Positions 1 to 9,708 of a stretch of 64,000 nt of DNA are shown here, in pieces; the first letter of the stretch is position 1; each line of letters opens with the position of its first letter. This stretch comes from an uncultured delta proteobacterium. Its GTDB lineage: Bacteria; Desulfobacterota; DSM-4660; Desulfatiglandales; HGW-15. The position numbers and the translations under genes are program-made. The stretch lies in the NCBI GenBank assembly GCA_963702565.1, contig CAVPDE010000029.1, positions 1,439-65,438 of the forward strand, written 5' to 3'. The notes under the pieces were generated by a model that was not told where the DNA came from, searched no databases, and saw only the letters and a list, made by a program, of their open reading frames with translations.

Positions 1-165
1 GGCCCACTGCACCCCGATCAACCCGATCATAATGTAATTTTGCAGCAAGGTGTTCAAGATGTTCTTGCTGCGCGCCATGCCGCCATAAAAAAGCGCCAAC
101 CCGGGGGTCATAAACAAGACCAGAGCCGCGGAGACTAAGACAAAGGCAGTGTCACCAGAATTCAT
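1..165 (-). CDS. amtB: Ammonium transporter, N-terminal part (runs off window)
   Basis: Manual translation MNSGDTAFVLVSAALVLFMTPGLALFYGGMARSKNILNTLLQ is the Amt signature; AAGGAGG RBS upstream. Confidence 0.95.
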   Translation of the reverse strand, partial: MNSGDTAFVLVSAALVLFMTPGLALFYGGMARSKNILNTLLQNYIMIGLIGVQWA

Positions 166-218
166 AAAAAAACCCTCCTTAAGAATAACAAATGATTTCT
201 TGATTTCCTGCCTAAGAT

Positions 219-235
219 AGCAATATCGGTGCCAA
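219..235 (-). promoter_or_regulatory. sigma54 (-24/-12) promoter of amtB
   Basis: Minus strand reads TTGGCACCGATATTGCT, an exact TGGCAC-N5-TTGC, about 55 bp upstream of an N-regulated gene. Confidence 0.88.
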
Positions 236-278
236 CTTTAATTTGTAATTAATTCAGCTTGTTATAACTTCGACCAAT

Positions 279-320
279 TACATATTTGTACAATGCCTAA
301 CATGGCAATACATAATTGTA
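279..320. promoter_or_regulatory. Paired palindromic boxes, probable enhancer (bEBP) sites
   Basis: TACATATTTGTA (279-290) and TACATAATTGTA (309-320), 30 bp apart, upstream of the sigma54 site. Confidence 0.6.
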
Positions 321-528
321 ATATCTGCGAGATTTCAGTGCCAACTGTTTTGGGGAGAGGGTACAGCAGATGCGGCAGGCTTGGCCTGGGCCGGAGCGTG
401 GGTGAAGTGTTTTGATGCTTACAGTTTCAAGTTGTCGTTTGATGGTTGAGATGGAAGCCAGGGGGCCAGGGATTCAGGCATCGTGCCTGGGGATCCTTGG
501 TCTCCTCTTCCACCTCGCTTGCCCTCGG

Positions 529-3286
529 TCAGCGTTGGCGAAGTTCCTGAAGGACCTTTTCGATGCCGTCGGCCACCTGCCGCCAGGCGTAATCCCGGTC
601 GGGCCAGAGCGTCACCGCCTTGCCGTCTTTGGGAAGGGCCTGGAGTTTGCCGAAGGGCGCTGCATGCCAGTTCACGTCCCGGACGATGATCGGGATGACT
701 CTGGCCTCTATCGTTTCATGCCGTTCCAAAGCCCTTTTCATTTCAATATCGTAACAGTAATCCGAGGCGATGAAATCAGCGCTCACCAGGAGGAGAATGA
801 TGCCGGCATGCTCCAGGTTACCGTCGATTTTCCCCTTCCAATCCTCTCCGGGTTGTATCAGGCGGTCGTGCCATAGTTTGATAAGTCCCTGGCGTTGGAA
901 GATTTTCAGGTGGGTGCCCAACTCCTGTCGGAGCTCGTCGTCTTTGTGGGAATAGCTGACGAACACCTGGATCTCCGCCTCTTCCTTGCCTCTCACCGGC
1001 CCGGCACGCCTTGCTCCTTCCAGGTCCACGCCGCCCAGCAGCTCCTGCACGCCTAATATAAAAACCGAGCCCATGGCCATTTTCGGAAATTCATTCACCC
1101 CGTTGGCTTCAAAGGCCAGCAGTTCCTGGTAGGAGACCGCCGCCTCCGGATATTGGGGCAGCGGCACCATTTCCTGGGGCTGAAAAGTGAAGCTGCGGTG
1201 CAGGTGATCGAAATCAGAGCGGATCACCGCCAGGAGGCGCCTGCGACCCGACTGGGGGCCGTTGACGAGGATGCTGACCGTTTTATCCTGTTTATCTGCC
1301 TTCACCAAAGCCTGGCACCCTTCGAATTTCAGGATGACCCCGGTGCGCCAGCGGGGCTGGCCGGCGCTGAGCACGTGGGTGCGGACGATGAACCGGGGCA
1401 GGAGCCCTTCCGGCAAAATAGGGTACTGGTAGCGGAAGTTCAGACAGGGGGCTGGCTGGAAAGCTGCTGCGGCCTCAGGCTCCTGTTTGTCCAGGAGGTC
1501 CGGCAGCAGGTAGTGGCCCTCCTCATCGGGGAAGCTGAAGCAGAGCTCGAACCGGCGCATCAAATCCAGGAGAAAAGGCTGACGCTCCCGGGGATAGGCG
1601 GCGGGGTCCAGGATGCCGGCCAAATCATTGAGCTGCAGCTCCCCCTGGTTTTTGGCCACGGTCTCGGCCCGGAGGATCTGATAGACCCCTTCGGTGAGCC
1701 AGTGGGGGTTCAGGACGTGCATGTCCCGGAGGCGGGGGTCGTCCTTGTAGTTCAGAGCAAGGCCCAGCCGGTGCAGGTGCCCGGCCAGGGATTCCTGGGC
1801 CTCCAGGTCGGTTTCCCCCAAGCCAGAACAAATCTTTTGGTATTCGGGGAAGGTCAGGTAGTTCTCCGTCATGCCCGCCAGCCGCTCTTTGATGTCGAAC
1901 CAGGCGGCCGGGAAGGCGTCCCGGAGGCCAGACAGGCGGTCGGTCTCCCGCTGGATGACTTGCCGCAGGTCGTGCGAGGCCGGAGCCGTCCGAACAATCT
2001 GTCGCCACGAAGTCAGCGATCTCCGGGAACTTTTGCCGCAGACCCCGGCGGTTGACATCAAAGGCATGGAGTTTGATCTTATTCAGCACCACTACTACCG
2101 GGGAGTCGCCGCCAAAGCTCTGGATCAGGTTCAGCCAGTAGTCGGCGTCGTGCTCCTCCTGGCCCTGGCGGCCGTTGAGCACCAACAGGTAGAGGCTGCG
2201 CCGGGTCAGGAAGAACTGGTGGGTGGCGTGCATGATCTCCTGGCCGCCAAAGTCCCAAACGTGGAGCCTAATCGACTCGCCGCCGGGGAGGGTCAGCGGC
2301 CACTGGGTGATCTGGATGCCCTTGGTCTCCGGCTCGGCCGGGTCGAAGCGGTCATGCACCAGGCGGTTCACCAGGCAGGTCTTGCCCACCTCCCCGAAGC
2401 CCACCAGAATGAGCTTGGCCTCGTGCAGGGGGCGGCTGGCTTTCGCGAGTGCGAAAGTAGTAGTCCAAGATGGCCCAAGGAGTAATGGGAGATTCTTTGC
2501 GATACAATCCAAAATCTACGCTTAGACCAAGTAATTCCGGTGGTAAACCGAGGGCTTCGTTGCCAGTAAGAAAGAGTTCTTTTAAAGAAGAAAGCATTTT
2601 TAATGATTCTGGCAATGTCTTAAGCTTGTTATCACTGACGTTTAAACTCCAAAGCTCGGTCAACTGTCCAATTGACTCCGGCAGGGTGGTCAGCTGGTTG
2701 CCGCTGAGATTAAGTAATTCCAGCCCGGTCAACTGGCCCAGGGACTCCGGCAGGGTGGTAAGCTGGTTGCGCAGAGGTAAAGTTTCTGCAGCCCGGTCAA
2801 CTGCCCCAGGGACTCCGGCAGGGTGGTGAGCTGGTTGTCGCTGAGGTCAAGTGTCTGCAGCCCGGTCAACTGGCCCAGGGACTCCGGCAGGGTGGTCAGC
2901 TGGTTGTCTCTGAGGTCAAGTGTCTGCAGCCCGGTCAATTGGCCCAGGGACTCCGGCAGGGTGGTCAGCTGGTTGCCGCTGAGGTAAAGTTTCTGCAGCC
3001 CGGTCAACTGGCCCAGGGACTCCGGCAGGGTGGTGAGCTGGTTGCCTTTGAGGTAAAGTGTCTGCAGCCCGGTCAACTGGCCCAGGGACTCCGGCAGGCT
3101 GGTCAGCTGGTTGCTGCCGAGGTAAAGTTCCTGCAGCCCGGTCAATTGGCCCAGGGACTCCGGCAAAGACGTCAGCCCCAGATTTGACAAGTTTAAAAGA
3201 ACCGCCAGCTCCTGAAGGGCCTCCTGAATCCGACGTTCAGCTTCTTCCTGCACTTTGCCTTTTTTGCGCCTTAGCCACTCAAGCAT
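529..3286 (-). CDS. LRR-Roc-COR-TIR (Roco family) protein, about 920 aa, split by ~3 frameshifts (~2770, ~2440, ~1980)
   Basis: 23-aa LRRs (LxxLPESLGQLTGLQxLxL); Roc G-motifs GFGEVGKT, WDFGGQE, LNKI; COR (LxPHWLTEGVY, LPEGLLPRFIV); C-terminal TIR (VFVSYSHKD...YCYDIEM...VIPIIV). Pieces are collinear in successive frames. Confidence 0.9.
2660..3170. repeat. 69-bp coding tandem repeat (LRR units)
   Basis: About 7-8 near-identical units such as GGTCAACTGGCCCAGGGACTCCGGCAGGGTGGT(C/G)AGCTGGTTG. Confidence 0.9.
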
Positions 3287-3344
3287 GACCAGTCTCCCTT
3301 CGAGTAATTAGCTTAGGACAGCAGTTCATAAATTCGCTAACGTA

Positions 3345-3384
3345 TTCTCCCCTCTCCCACGCTTGCGGGGAAAAGGGTTAGGGT
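3345..3384. repeat. REP-like G/C-rich palindrome, cut by the IS end
   Basis: TTCTCCCCTCTCCCACGCTTGCGGGGAAAAGGGTTAGGGT directly abuts the IS terminus; a similar element lies at 34728-34840. Confidence 0.5.
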
Positions 3385-4304
3385 CAATGCTGTTGAATTA
3401 AGCATTGCCGGTTTTTTTGAGTTTGGCAGTGGACCATTTATTAATTGCTCTTTTAGTGACCCTGACGTGGGAGGGTCTTGGTGATTTGGGACGATAATAT
3501 TTAACTCTAACTATTTCTTGCAAGATTTCGGTAAAAATTATTATTGCCTTTTCAGGGTTTTCCGGGGCCAAAACAGCAGCCTCAGACGCCAGAGTCATGA
3601 TGGCGTTTTTAAACTGGAGTTCTTTTACCCTACTTTCAAAAATCTCGGCGGACAGAACCATTAGAGTTCTGGAAATGACTGACATAATCGCCGTGGGAAG
3701 GAGTTCTTGTTTGATGCTATTACAGGTATGACCATGAAATCTCTCGATTTCCAAGACACTCTTTTCATCTCGATAATATGTTTCTATTTCCCAACGTCTG
3801 AAATAGAGATCGATGATTTCCTGGCGGGGATATTTTCTTCTGTCCCAGAGATTGGTTAGAATTACTGTGATATTAACTGTCCGGGCTTTTTAATGGAACA
3901 ACTCTTACTTTTAATGATTTCAGTTTGTTGTGCTGCTGGCACGACACCTTCTGACGATATTTATTTTGAGGGTTGAGGAAGATAATGTCTTCCTCCTTGT
4001 TCGTCTTGATGAACTTTTCCACGGCCGGGAAGGTGGACTGACTCGGACAACGAATCATAAAGTATCCAGGATACTTTCGTGTATTTTGAGGATAAATTCA
4101 TAGCTGGGATAACCACGATCAAAAAATAACCGGACTATTGGCGGGGATCAAGTGGAGCATGTTTTGGGCTGCCTGGCGCTCCGAAGTGTCAAGGGGTCCA
4201 ATATGTCTGGCAACTGGAAAACGGCGGAAAACATCGTAAACGGTAGAAACCAAACATTGAGGATAATGGCCTTTACCGGCATACTGCAATCCGCTGTGCG
4301 GATT
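3385..4304 (-). mobile_element. IS4-family element, 3' part only (frameshifted DDE transposase plus right end)
   Basis: Joined frames give GKGHYPQCLVSTVYD...DRGYPSYEF...LYFRRWEIETYYRDEK (IS4 Y-x2-R-x3-E-x-K signature). Lower GC. The stop codon lies inside the putative end CAATGCTGTTGAATTAAG (3385-3402). Confidence 0.85.
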
Positions 4305-4575
4305 GATCGAGTCTTCGACGTGGGTCGGGTGGCCGGCGAGATTAAACATTTCTTCATGCAGCATACCGGCGACGGACACCTGGCGGAGCCTTTTATCGGC
4401 CACTTTCTCTGGGAGTATGCCTGCCATTTTCCTGAACAAACAGTGCCTTTAAGTCCATTACGCGCCGCGTTCCGTTTCACATGGGGCTCACGCTCCTGCG
4501 GATCGCCCGCAACTCATGGGTTACTGAAAAATACAGGCGGCAGTTGCTGGATAAGCAAAGAAAACGCTCATGTAG
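4305..4575 (+). pseudogene. C-terminal fragment of an aminoglycoside-phosphotransferase-like protein
   Basis: DRVFDVGRVAGEIKHFF...AEPFIGHFLWEYACHFP, then after a frameshift FHMGLTLLRIARNSW; the 5' part is missing. Confidence 0.55.
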
Positions 4576-4581
4576 TGCATC

Positions 4582-5318
4582 ATGACAATAAAAGGCATTC
4601 TTTTGATCTCTATGGAACATTGATCGACATAGAGACCGATGAGTCTCTGGAAGAGATCTACCGTGCTATTGCCCATTATCTGACCTACCAGGGAATATAC
4701 CTGCACCGGTGGGAGGTGCGGGATCGTTATTATGCGATTATGAAACAGCAGAAAGAAGATCAGAGAGAGGAATTTCCGGAAGTAGACGTGAAAGCCATCT
4801 GGAACCGGTTCCTCAGGCAGGAAGGCATAAAAGCGCCATCCACTCGTAAGAAGCTGGCCACGACTCTCGCCCATCTCTACCGAGCAATCTCCCGGAAACG
4901 GCTCCGACTTTACCCGGGAGTGAAGAGGGTGCTGGACGAACTTCGCCCCACCTACCGCATAGCTGTTGTTTCTGATGCCCAGCCCTGTTGGGCCCTGCCC
5001 GAGATGAAGGCCGTAGGAATCAACGGCTATTTCGACCCTATCATTATCTCCGCGAATTACGGATTCAGGAAACCTGATAGAAGGCTTTTTGAAACAGCCC
5101 TGGACACTATGGAACTCGTGGGGGCGGAGGTCATCTATGTGGGGAACGACATGTACCGGGATATTTGCGGGGCCAGTCAGCTCGGCATCAAGACCATCTT
5201 CGTCAATTCCAACCAGGGAGCCAAATGTCATGAGAATGTAATCCCCGACTACTTCGCGTGCCGATTTGAGGAGGTCCTCAAGGGAGTGGAAGCATTGGGA
5301 GGAGCGCTGCCTCTGTAG
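4582..5318 (+). CDS. HAD-superfamily hydrolase (1-bp homopolymer loss near start)
   Basis: ATG 4582 MTIKGIL-FDLYGTL (motif I), VSDA, RKPD, YVGNDMYRDI. Confidence 0.85.
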
Positions 5319-5440
5319 TCACCGAACCCTCGATTGCTTATGGTGATTCTAAGGCTTCCCGCTTGGATAAAGCCTTTGGCACCATGGAAAAGATATCCTA
5401 CTGGACAACTCGACGGTGATTTTTCAAGGGGGGAGAAGGT

Positions 5441-5866
5441 ATGACCAAAGAAAATCCAGGGATAAAACAAATCAGGGTTCAAAATCGCCGGGTCCACTTG
5501 GCCAATGAAAGAACGTTCCTCGCCTGGATTCGCACCGCCATCGGCATCATGGCCTTTGGTTTTGTGGTGGAAAAATTCAGTTTGTTTCTGAAATACCTTG
5601 CCCATTATTTGATTAAGGCAACGCCGGCTGGGTCACCTGCTGTTGAGCATGCCCCTTGGAGCCCTGGCTATTCGTCATTATTGGGAATGACGCTGATCGG
5701 TTTGGGGGCTTTCATGGGGGTCTTGGCGTTCATCCGCTACAAACGGGTGGAAAAGCAGATCGATGAAGACACCTATCATTCTTCTCTGATATTGGACATT
5801 CTCTTGACGACCTCGATCACGTCAATCGGGCTGTTCCTGATGATTTATCTGTGGCACGCGGTGTAG
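5441..5866 (+). CDS. DUF202/YidH-family membrane protein
   Basis: HLANERTFLAWIRTAI signature; three TM segments. Confidence 0.9.
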   Translation: MTKENPGIKQIRVQNRRVHLANERTFLAWIRTAIGIMAFGFVVEKFSLFLKYLAHYLIKATPAGSPAVEHAPWSPGYSSLLGMTLIGLGAFMGVLAFIRYKRVEKQIDEDTYHSSLILDILLTTSITSIGLFLMIYLWHAV

Positions 5867-6052
5867 AATAAACCATCTGGCCGAACCTCTCGGTCTCGCG
5901 GTGATTCTCCGTTGTAGGACCGTACTACTAAGGGACAGCTCTCCCGCCTCCCCAATTCCCACGGTCCCGGATATTGACTGAACAAAGTCAGTGATTATCG
6001 TTTCCGCAGAGCGGCGAGCAGCCGCGTAATGAATGGAAGGGAGGTGAAAAAT

Positions 6053-6490
6053 ATGGCAAGAATGCTTGATGTAGTTCCTGTGAGCGTCAGATCGACCCTG
6101 CCTCTCTTTGATCGGGTATTTGACGATCTATTCTATCCCTATCCTGTCAGTTACGCTGCGGAGTGCGCTGACTGGGTTCCTGCTTCGGATATCGCGGAAA
6201 CCGGGAAGGAATATGTTGTGAGTATGGAAGCTCCCGGGATTGACATGAACAAGACGGAACTGACCTTTACCGGGGGTATGTTGACCGTGAAAGGTGAGAA
6301 GATCAAAGAATCCAAAGAGGATGAATGCTGCCATTGTGCAGAGCGGTATTCCGGAACCTTTGAACGAAGCTTTCACGTTTCCGATAAGGTCGATGGGGAT
6401 AAGATCGATGCCACCTACAAAGACGGAATTCTGAAGGTGGTTCTGCCCAAGAGCGAAGAGAGCAGTGTGAAGAAAATCCAAATTCACTAA
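6053..6490 (+). CDS. Hsp20/alpha-crystallin small heat-shock protein
   Basis: EAPG...LTVKGEK...ERYSGTFERSF...IDATYKDGILKVVLPK; GGAGG RBS before ATG 6053. Confidence 0.93.
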   Translation: MARMLDVVPVSVRSTLPLFDRVFDDLFYPYPVSYAAECADWVPASDIAETGKEYVVSMEAPGIDMNKTELTFTGGMLTVKGEKIKESKEDECCHCAERYSGTFERSFHVSDKVDGDKIDATYKDGILKVVLPKSEESSVKKIQIH

Positions 6491-6529
6491 CATTGAAACA
6501 GAGCCTGCTTCAGAGGCTTGAGATAAAAG

Positions 6530-6560
6530 AGAGGGCGCTTTCCAAGAGGCGCCCTCTTTC
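6530..6560 (+). terminator. Intrinsic terminator after hsp20
   Basis: AGAGGGCGC...GCGCCCTCT stem with a short T tail and an A-run on the left. Confidence 0.7.
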
Positions 6561-6643
6561 ATTCAGGGAATACAGCCCTATCTGGGATTTGACATGGGTG
6601 AAACCATTGTTATGTTTTTGGCAAATGAATAGAAAGGGAGGTG

Positions 6644-6961
6644 ATGACCATGCTGGCATGTGAACGTCCTCACAGAAAAATGTTGCCCACTCCGGTCCAC
6701 CTTCAAATCCATGAAGATCTTGACTTCATGAAGGCACAACGCATCGCGAAGGACCAGGCAAAAGCTTACTACAGTGATTCCATGCTCCTGAGCTGGTTTG
6801 ACAAGAAGAGCGGGCGCTACTCGCCACACGAGGCCGAGTGCTGCATTGAAGGAAAACCGAGCTGGGTCGAGTACGCGAGATCGCGAGGCGGAAACCTCAC
6901 GATAGACATCAACAATGAAGACTTTGTCTTTGTGTTTACGGGAAAACCGGACCTCTCCTGA
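6644..6961 (+). CDS. AF1514/DUF5619-like small protein
   Basis: MLLSWFDKKSGRYSP..ECC..KPSWVEYARSRGG..IDIN..FVFVF resembles the AF1514 family as I recall it; GGGAGG RBS. Confidence 0.65.
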   Translation: MTMLACERPHRKMLPTPVHLQIHEDLDFMKAQRIAKDQAKAYYSDSMLLSWFDKKSGRYSPHEAECCIEGKPSWVEYARSRGGNLTIDINNEDFVFVFTGKPDLS

Positions 6962-6977
6962 ACAAGGGGAGCCCTTG

Positions 6978-7021
6978 AAAATCCCCCCTGCCCCTATGAC
7001 GAATAGGGGAGAGGGGGATTT
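6978..7021. repeat. REP-like palindrome
   Basis: AAATCCCCCCTGCCCCTAT...ATAGGGGGAGAGGGGGATTT. Confidence 0.6.
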
Positions 7022-7097
7022 GCGTTTTCGTATTCATGCACAGCGGGGTCAGGTGAATTGAGATCAAGAGGCCGCTGCTCAGTCAAAGGAGAATGCT

Positions 7098-8126
7098 ATG
7101 AAGGCTCTCCACTTTCTTCAACACGGTGAGTTGGATGTCGTGCGGTATGGAGATGTCCCTGATCCTGCGCTGCAAGCGGGACAGGTTTTGGTAAAGGTTC
7201 GTGCCTGCGCCATCAACCATCTGGACATCTGGGTGAGGCGAGGTTGGCCGGGCCTGAAATTGGCGATGCCTCACTGGTGCGGGGCGGACGTGGCAGGCGA
7301 AGTGGCTCAGCTGGGTGAGGGTGTCACCGGATGGACGATCGGCCGTAAGGTGGTGGTGGACCCCGGAGTCAGCACCACAGAGGATGAGTTTACGCGGCGG
7401 GGAGAGGCCTCTGTCAGTCCTGGCTACCACATCCTGGGAGAGCAGGTCAGGGGAGGAGCCGCAGAGTATCTTGCGGTGCCGGCAGCTAACCTGCTTCCCA
7501 TGCCTGAAACTCTGGATTTTCCCGAGGCGGCAGCCCCGCTACTGGTCAGCCTTGCAGCATGGCGCATGCTCATCCATCGGGCGAGACCCAAGGTTGGAGA
7601 ATCCGTCCTCATCGTGGGCGCAGGGGGCGGGGTCAATTCCATGGCCATCCAGATCGCAAAGCTGGCCGGCGCAAGGGTTTACGTAATCTGCGGGAACGGG
7701 CAAAAAGCGCATCGGGCCAGGGAACTCGGGGCCGATGTCACGATAGATCGGAGCCGCGGGGACTGGGTGAAAGAGGTCTACCGGCTGACGAACAAGCGCG
7801 GGGTAGACGTGGTGGTCGACAATGTGGGCAAGGCTACCCTAACCGGCAGCATGCAGGCTGTTGCGAGAGGCGGCAGGATCGTGATCATCGGCAACACGTC
7901 GGGACCACAAGCGGAAATCGATATCCGTTACATCTTCGGGAAGCAGATCAGCCTGATCGGCAGCACCATGGGCAGTCATCAGGACTTCCGCGATGTGACG
8001 TCGCTCCTGTGGGCCGGAAAACTCAAACCGGTGATCGACCGGGTCATGCCGCTGCGCGAAGGCATTGAGGCCTACAGGATTATGGAGAGGGGGGAGCAGT
8101 TTGGGAAGATTGTCCTGATACCATAG
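7098..8126 (+). CDS. MDR-family (zinc-ADH/quinone-reductase-like) oxidoreductase
   Basis: NHLDIWVRRG, GADVAG, GAGGGV, GKIVL; structural-Zn cysteines absent. Confidence 0.9.
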   Translation: MKALHFLQHGELDVVRYGDVPDPALQAGQVLVKVRACAINHLDIWVRRGWPGLKLAMPHWCGADVAGEVAQLGEGVTGWTIGRKVVVDPGVSTTEDEFTRRGEASVSPGYHILGEQVRGGAAEYLAVPAANLLPMPETLDFPEAAAPLLVSLAAWRMLIHRARPKVGESVLIVGAGGGVNSMAIQIAKLAGARVYVICGNGQKAHRARELGADVTIDRSRGDWVKEVYRLTNKRGVDVVVDNVGKATLTGSMQAVARGGRIVIIGNTSGPQAEIDIRYIFGKQISLIGSTMGSHQDFRDVTSLLWAGKLKPVIDRVMPLREGIEAYRIMERGEQFGKIVLIP

Positions 8127-8129
8127 AAG

Positions 8130-8283
8130 AAGTGCCTAAAATGTCTAAAGTGCGCTAAAGTGCCTAAAGTTGAAAAGAGAGAATACAGAAGACGGTAGAC
8201 AGAAGAAAGAAGGTGCAAGGCACTCGGTCCAAGGTACACGAAGAGATTTTAGGGCAACTGACAATGGACCACGGACAACTGAC
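8130..8283. repeat. Stack of four different short tandem-repeat arms
   Basis: AAGTGCCTA x4; AGAA(T/G)AC x4; AGGYRCA x4; CAACTGA/CAATGGA x4, between convergent genes. Confidence 0.75.
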
Positions 8284-9426
8284 CTACATTCTTTTCATCA
8301 CTTCCCTGAAGATCACAAGCTTCTGAACGTCCTGAGTGCCTTCACCAAGGGAGGAGGCCCACGCATCCATGGGGAACTTGTGGATCGGGTGTTCCCGGAT
8401 CACGGAAGCAGCGCCGAAAAGATCGGCCGCCCAGAGCGTGACATCCCGGGCAATCTGGACTGCCAGGTATTTGGCAAGAGATGATTCAAGGCGAAAGTCC
8501 TGACCCTGGTCCATGGCCCAGCAGGCTTTGAGCATCATGAGGCGAGCCGCCTCCAATCGTGAGAAAAGATCAGCCGCTTCAAAAGCTTTTCCCTGCTGAT
8601 CCAGGACCGATCGACCGAAAATCTTTCTCTTTTTGCCGTGCTGTACAGCGAGGTCAAAGGCCCCCAGCGCTGTTCCCAGGGTAAGAGCGCTGATGACGAC
8701 TCTGCTGTGCGTGAATATGGAAAGAACCTGCTGCAAACCCCGGCCACGCTCACCCACAAGATGGTCCTCCGGGACGAACACGTTGGAGCACTGAATCCGC
8801 GTCAGGTCGGAAGGAATCCACACTTGTTTGTTTAGCTTGGAGCGGCTCACCCCCTGTGAGCGGAGGTCGACCAGGAACATGGAGATACGGCGATTGCGCT
8901 CTGATTCGGAATCGGACACGGCAGTGAGCATCGCGTAGTCGCTGATAAAGCCGTTCGTTACGTAAGCCTTGGCTCCGTTCAGAACCCACCCGCCATCAAC
9001 CTTCTTGGCTTGCATGGCAATGTTTGCCGAATCGCTGCCCGCCCCGCTTTCGGTGTTGCCGATGCACAGGAGGGTCTTTCCCAGAACCGCTGAAGGCCCA
9101 AACTTTTTCTGAAGAAGCGGGGAACCGAAAAGCCACAGTCCCGTGAGCCCAAGATCTTGATGAGCAAGGACGGCCACGGCAACGCCCGGGGAAATTTTTG
9201 CCAACTCCTCAGCAAAGAGGGCTTCTCTCAGGGCAGTGTTTTTCTTGACCCGGTCTTCTCCAAAGGAGAAATTGAACCAACCCTGTTCGGCCACAAGGGA
9301 AAAAAAGGATTTGGGAACAGCCCCCTGCTCATACCACTGTGACAGGTGCGGCAAGAGGTGTTTATCCAGGAAGGCTTTGAACCTTCCCGTCTCTTCCACA
9401 TTTTGTTTAGGGATTGAAAAATCCAT
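8284..9426 (-). CDS. Acyl-CoA dehydrogenase
   Basis: TESGAGSD, WVLNGAKAYVTNG, RKIFG, GEGTQDVQK; AAGGAGG before ATG 9426. Confidence 0.93.
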   Translation of the reverse strand: MDFSIPKQNVEETGRFKAFLDKHLLPHLSQWYEQGAVPKSFFSLVAEQGWFNFSFGEDRVKKNTALREALFAEELAKISPGVAVAVLAHQDLGLTGLWLFGSPLLQKKFGPSAVLGKTLLCIGNTESGAGSDSANIAMQAKKVDGGWVLNGAKAYVTNGFISDYAMLTAVSDSESERNRRISMFLVDLRSQGVSRSKLNKQVWIPSDLTRIQCSNVFVPEDHLVGERGRGLQQVLSIFTHSRVVISALTLGTALGAFDLAVQHGKKRKIFGRSVLDQQGKAFEAADLFSRLEAARLMMLKACWAMDQGQDFRLESSLAKYLAVQIARDVTLWAADLFGAASVIREHPIHKFPMDAWASSLGEGTQDVQKLVIFREVMKRM

Positions 9427-9708
9427 GCTCCTGCCCTCCTTTTCAAGCATCCCTCTTGAGACATCCTTAAAATGGTGTTATTTTTGACAAACGCAAGTTC
9501 CCAATAGAACCAAAACCTTCCTGACAGCGGTAAGCCGCTTTTTTCTGAGCGAGTGCGGCAAGAATCAGGTGTCGAGCGCAGAAAAATACGTGAATGACCC
9601 CATAGGACTGTGGCAAGAGATAGCGTATTCGGTCGGAATGCCCAAGGATCGCTCTAAAGCTCCAGCATAGGACGAACGGCATAAACCTAAGACAAGGAGT
9701 GTTGTGTC

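Noticed and set aside
323-344. Second TGGCAC (minus strand) as a sigma54 promoter
   Set aside because: No TTGC at the required spacing.
2660-3170. Regular repeats as a CRISPR array
   Set aside because: 69-bp in-frame coding LRR units with no unique spacers and no cas genes.
4152-5318. 388-aa ORF as one gene
   Set aside because: It is a composite of antisense transposase, a phosphotransferase fragment and the HAD gene, joined by indels.
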